NCBI GenBank assembly: GCA_963804645.1
Contig: CAWDRG010000009.1
Span: 64,001 to 128,000, forward strand
Origin: an uncultured Bacillota bacterium
GTDB taxonomy: Bacteria; Sysuimicrobiota; Sysuimicrobiia; Sysuimicrobiales; Segetimicrobiaceae
Reading direction: 5' to 3'
DNA: 64,000 nt
Positions 61,419 to 64,000 of the stretch are shown here, piece after piece. Numbering within the stretch: position 1 is the first letter of the stretch; the number at the start of each line of letters is the position of its first letter. The notes beneath the pieces were generated by a model, which saw nothing but the letters and a program-made list of their open reading frames with translations, had not been told where the DNA came from and did not search any database. The translations under genes were made by a program, and so were the position numbers.

Positions 61419-61850
61419 TCAGTCGGCCACGAACTGCTCGAAATACACGCGCACGACCTGCGCCGGCGCGAGAATTTCGCTGAAGCGGCTCTCCAGCGTA
61501 GTGCTGAGCGTCTGGATCCCCTCGTCCGTCCGCATCGAGGTAAACCGCTGCCCTTCGATCGCCTTGTTCAACGCGTCCAGCAGGGCCGCTTTCTTGTCAT
61601 CGACCATCTTGCTCATCACGTCCGAGGTCGCGCTGCCCTGCATCACCACGGCGACCTGGATCTCCAGGTACTGGAACCCGTCATCGCCGCTGAGGTTGAT
61701 CGTCGCGGCGGGCAGCGCCGCGGTCACGGTATTGGATACCACCTTCGGCTGCGCCGCGTGGGCCGCCGGCTGCTTCATGTGGGTGTACGCAAATCCGCCG
61801 CCGCCCGCAAGCAGGAGGACCGGCACGATGATCATCAGCAATCGCTTCAT
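61419..61850 (-). CDS. fliL: Flagellar basal body-associated protein FliL
   Basis: N-terminal TM ending AGGGGF, TINL...YL, EG...L, VYFEQFV. Confidence 0.87.
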   Translation of the reverse strand: MKRLLMIIVPVLLLAGGGGFAYTHMKQPAAHAAQPKVVSNTVTAALPAATINLSGDDGFQYLEIQVAVVMQGSATSDVMSKMVDDKKAALLDALNKAIEGQRFTSMRTDEGIQTLSTTLESRFSEILAPAQVVRVYFEQFVAD

Positions 61851-61881
61851 TCACTCGAGCTCCCCTGTCGTGCAACCCGAC

Positions 61882-63924
61882 CTACGCCTGCGCCGCCACC
61901 GGCTGGGACGTCGGGCGGAACGCGTCGGTCAGACTGATCGACGCGATCTTTGTCCGGGCCTTCCCGAGCAGCGTGGCCGATGGGTAGACCATGAGCCCCG
62001 CGTCCAGGAACGTCAGCGCATCGTCGAGCCGCCGCAGCTTGAGCGCCACGGAGGCGGCCTCCAGATACACGCTCAACGCGCCGCGCGTGCGCGTGGCGAC
62101 GAACGCCTGGTAGAGCGTCAGCGCATCGTCGTAGTTCTGCGCCAGCCGATGCAGATCGGCGGCGATGGCGCACCCCTCCGCGTCGAGTCCTCGCAGCGCG
62201 AACGCCCGGCCGAGAAACTGCCCCGCCACCGTGTACTGCCGCTCCAGATACGCGAGCTTGCCCATGAGGCACAGCGCCTCGCCGTCCGTCAGGCCCGACA
62301 GCCGCAGCAGCAGCGACAGCGAGGAGGCCAGCGCGGTGGCGCCGCACGCGAGCGCCGACCGGATCACGTTGCGGATGATCGGAATCGCGATCGCCCGGTC
62401 CGTATCGGGGATCTCCACCAGCCGGGATGTCTCCTCACACACGGCGAGCATCGCGTCGAACGTGCGGAACACGGCTTCGAGTCCGTGCGGCTGGACCAAC
62501 TGCGCCTCGACGAGCATCGTCCGCGCGCGCGCGACGTCGCCCATGACCAGCGCCGTCTGAATCCGCCGGAGCAGGGCGGGCAGCAGCGCGGCGTTGTTGC
62601 GCGGCACCTCGCCCAGCACCCGGTACGCGTCCTCGAGCCGCCCGAGGCGGAAGAGGCACTCGCCGCGGAACAGCGTCACGAACCCGTCGTCAGTATCCTC
62701 GGGTGAGAGAACCTCGAGCGCCGCGTCGTACGCGCCGGCCTTCGCGAACGCACGCGCGACGCGGCGCGCCGCGACCCTCCCGGTGCGGGCGATCGGCCGG
62801 ACCCGTTCGAGGGCCTTGGCGGTGCCTTCCGACCTGCACGACCGGCGCACGAGGTGCTCAAGGACGTTCGGATCGTGCGGCACCGCGTCGGCCGCCGTCT
62901 GCAGGGCCAGCACGGCGTCCTCCCCGCGTTCCATCTTTGCGATCGCGATCCACACCAAGGGCAGCGTGCTGCCCGCGCCGCGCAGGACGAGATAGTTGTC
63001 GGACGGCGCGTCGCCGAGCGCGAGCGCGCGCCGCATCGCGGCTTCGACGCCGTCCCAATCGAACAAATCTGCGCACACGAGCCCCTCAAAGTAGTGGAGA
63101 TCGGTGTAATCGGGAAACTTCACCTGGTACTGGCGCAGCAGCTCCAGGGTCGCCTGATCCTTCCGCTGGTCGCGTAGCGCCAGCGTGAGGTTGCGGACGA
63201 TGACGGAGAGGTAGCGCGGCGCCTTCGCGCCGAGGAGCTTCAGCGACCTGCGAAACGCGCGCTCGGCCTCGACGGGGTGGCGGTCGCGCAGGTGTTCCGT
63301 ACCGAGGTTGAACCAGTGGTACGGATCGTTGGGATGTTTCTTGAGCGCCCCTTCGAGCATCGTGATGTTGCGCGCGATCTTGCCCCGCCGGGCGACCACG
63401 GGCACGAGATAGCCGTAGTGCAGGAGGGTGATCGAGCTGGTGCGCACCTCAGCGCCGGCGCTGGTGAGCGCCGGCAGGATCTGTTCGTGGATGTCGCCGG
63501 CGAAGCGATACGCGGGCCGGCGCCGAAACAGCCGCGGGTACAGGTTCTCGACGCTCAGCTGCTCATCCGGCGAGTCGCCCAGATAGCTGACGATGCGCAC
63601 CCAGTACGCCTCCGCCAAAGGGTCCGCGACCGCCGCGCGCACCGCGGTCGCGGACGTATCGTCGAGTTCCTCATCGGCGTCGAGCACGAAGATCCAGTCG
63701 CCCGTCGCCTGGTCGAGCGCGGCGTTGCGCGCGGCGGCGAAATCCCCGCGCCACGTGATGCGGGTGACCCGGGCGCCCTCGGCGCGCGCGATCTCGACGG
63801 TCTCATCCGTGCTGCCGGTGTCCACGACGACGATCTCGTCGACCACCCCGCGGACGCTGCGAAGGCAGCCGGCCAGGCTGGCCGCCTCGTTCTTGACGAT
63901 CATGCAGACGGAGAGCTTAGGCAT
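61882..63924 (-). CDS. GT2 glycosyltransferase with TPR repeats (probable flagellin glycosylation)
   Basis: LSVCMIVKNE, VDTGSTD, FAAARN, LDADE, IHEQ, HYGY; C-terminal TPR-like helices. Confidence 0.9.
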   Translation of the reverse strand: MPKLSVCMIVKNEAASLAGCLRSVRGVVDEIVVVDTGSTDETVEIARAEGARVTRITWRGDFAAARNAALDQATGDWIFVLDADEELDDTSATAVRAAVADPLAEAYWVRIVSYLGDSPDEQLSVENLYPRLFRRRPAYRFAGDIHEQILPALTSAGAEVRTSSITLLHYGYLVPVVARRGKIARNITMLEGALKKHPNDPYHWFNLGTEHLRDRHPVEAERAFRRSLKLLGAKAPRYLSVIVRNLTLALRDQRKDQATLELLRQYQVKFPDYTDLHYFEGLVCADLFDWDGVEAAMRRALALGDAPSDNYLVLRGAGSTLPLVWIAIAKMERGEDAVLALQTAADAVPHDPNVLEHLVRRSCRSEGTAKALERVRPIARTGRVAARRVARAFAKAGAYDAALEVLSPEDTDDGFVTLFRGECLFRLGRLEDAYRVLGEVPRNNAALLPALLRRIQTALVMGDVARARTMLVEAQLVQPHGLEAVFRTFDAMLAVCEETSRLVEIPDTDRAIAIPIIRNVIRSALACGATALASSLSLLLRLSGLTDGEALCLMGKLAYLERQYTVAGQFLGRAFALRGLDAEGCAIAADLHRLAQNYDDALTLYQAFVATRTRGALSVYLEAASVALKLRRLDDALTFLDAGLMVYPSATLLGKARTKIASISLTDAFRPTSQPVAAQA

Positions 63925-64000
63925 TGGAGGACTCCCGCGCGGCCTCGGCCGCGTGTGCAAATGCGCTGCGAAGGTTGGCGAGCACCGTCCGGACCTTCGC
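63917..64000 (-). CDS. fliS: 3' end of a gene, probably the flagellin chaperone FliS
   Basis: AKVRTVLANLRSAFAHAAEAARESSNA* resembles the FliS C-terminal helix; flagellar context; only 27 codons visible. Confidence 0.5.
   Translation of the reverse strand, partial: AKVRTVLANLRSAFAHAAEAARESSNA

Noticed and set aside
93..62689. Many long alternative-frame or antisense ORFs (e.g. 93..2288, 7876..10374, 40905..43502, 50335..52689)
   Set aside because: Arg/Pro/Gly-rich shadow ORFs expected in high-GC DNA, overlapping well-supported genes.
1..64000. CRISPR array, rRNA, transposase, integrase, prophage or a recognisable riboswitch
   Set aside because: I saw no regularly spaced repeats or signature motifs in the ORFs or the intergenic regions.

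Overview
High-GC bacterial chromosome segment with about 55 genes, one tRNA-Asn(GTT), and no rRNA, CRISPR array, integrase or transposase. The lineage cannot be determined from sequence alone; the gene style is compatible with a soil lineage such as Ca. Sysuimicrobiota/CSP1-3, which is a guess. Housekeeping genes (ctaA-ctaB fusion, ogt, guaB, pruA, aminotransferase, ctaG, pyrB, ilvD, rocF, surE, and the flagellar edge fliS-GT2/TPR-fliL) are interleaved with accessory blocks. These are: (i) an orphan pair of a helical lipoprotein and an amphipathic partner (12.3-13.8 kb); (ii) a more AT-rich catabolic island of about 18 kb (22.4-40.0 kb) with GGT, HpcH aldolase, 2-hydroxyacid dehydrogenase, two amidohydrolases, a second CocE/NonD paralog, an alanine-racemase-fold enzyme lacking the catalytic Tyr loop, an SDR, an Opp/Dpp ABC transporter and a tail-anchored patatin; the racemase-like and SDR genes are frameshifted; (iii) two tandem paralogous ~60-aa secreted peptides, the first with a C9 tract in its RBS spacer; (iv) gene remnants (malate synthase C-terminus, sugar-permease tail in frame with surE, adenylate cyclase N-terminus) and a 1.85-kb segment bounded by 16-17 bp inverted repeats. 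Two M28-family peptidase paralogs carry GHSHG where the catalytic GEE motif normally lies. All calls come from reading motifs by eye; no database searches were run.
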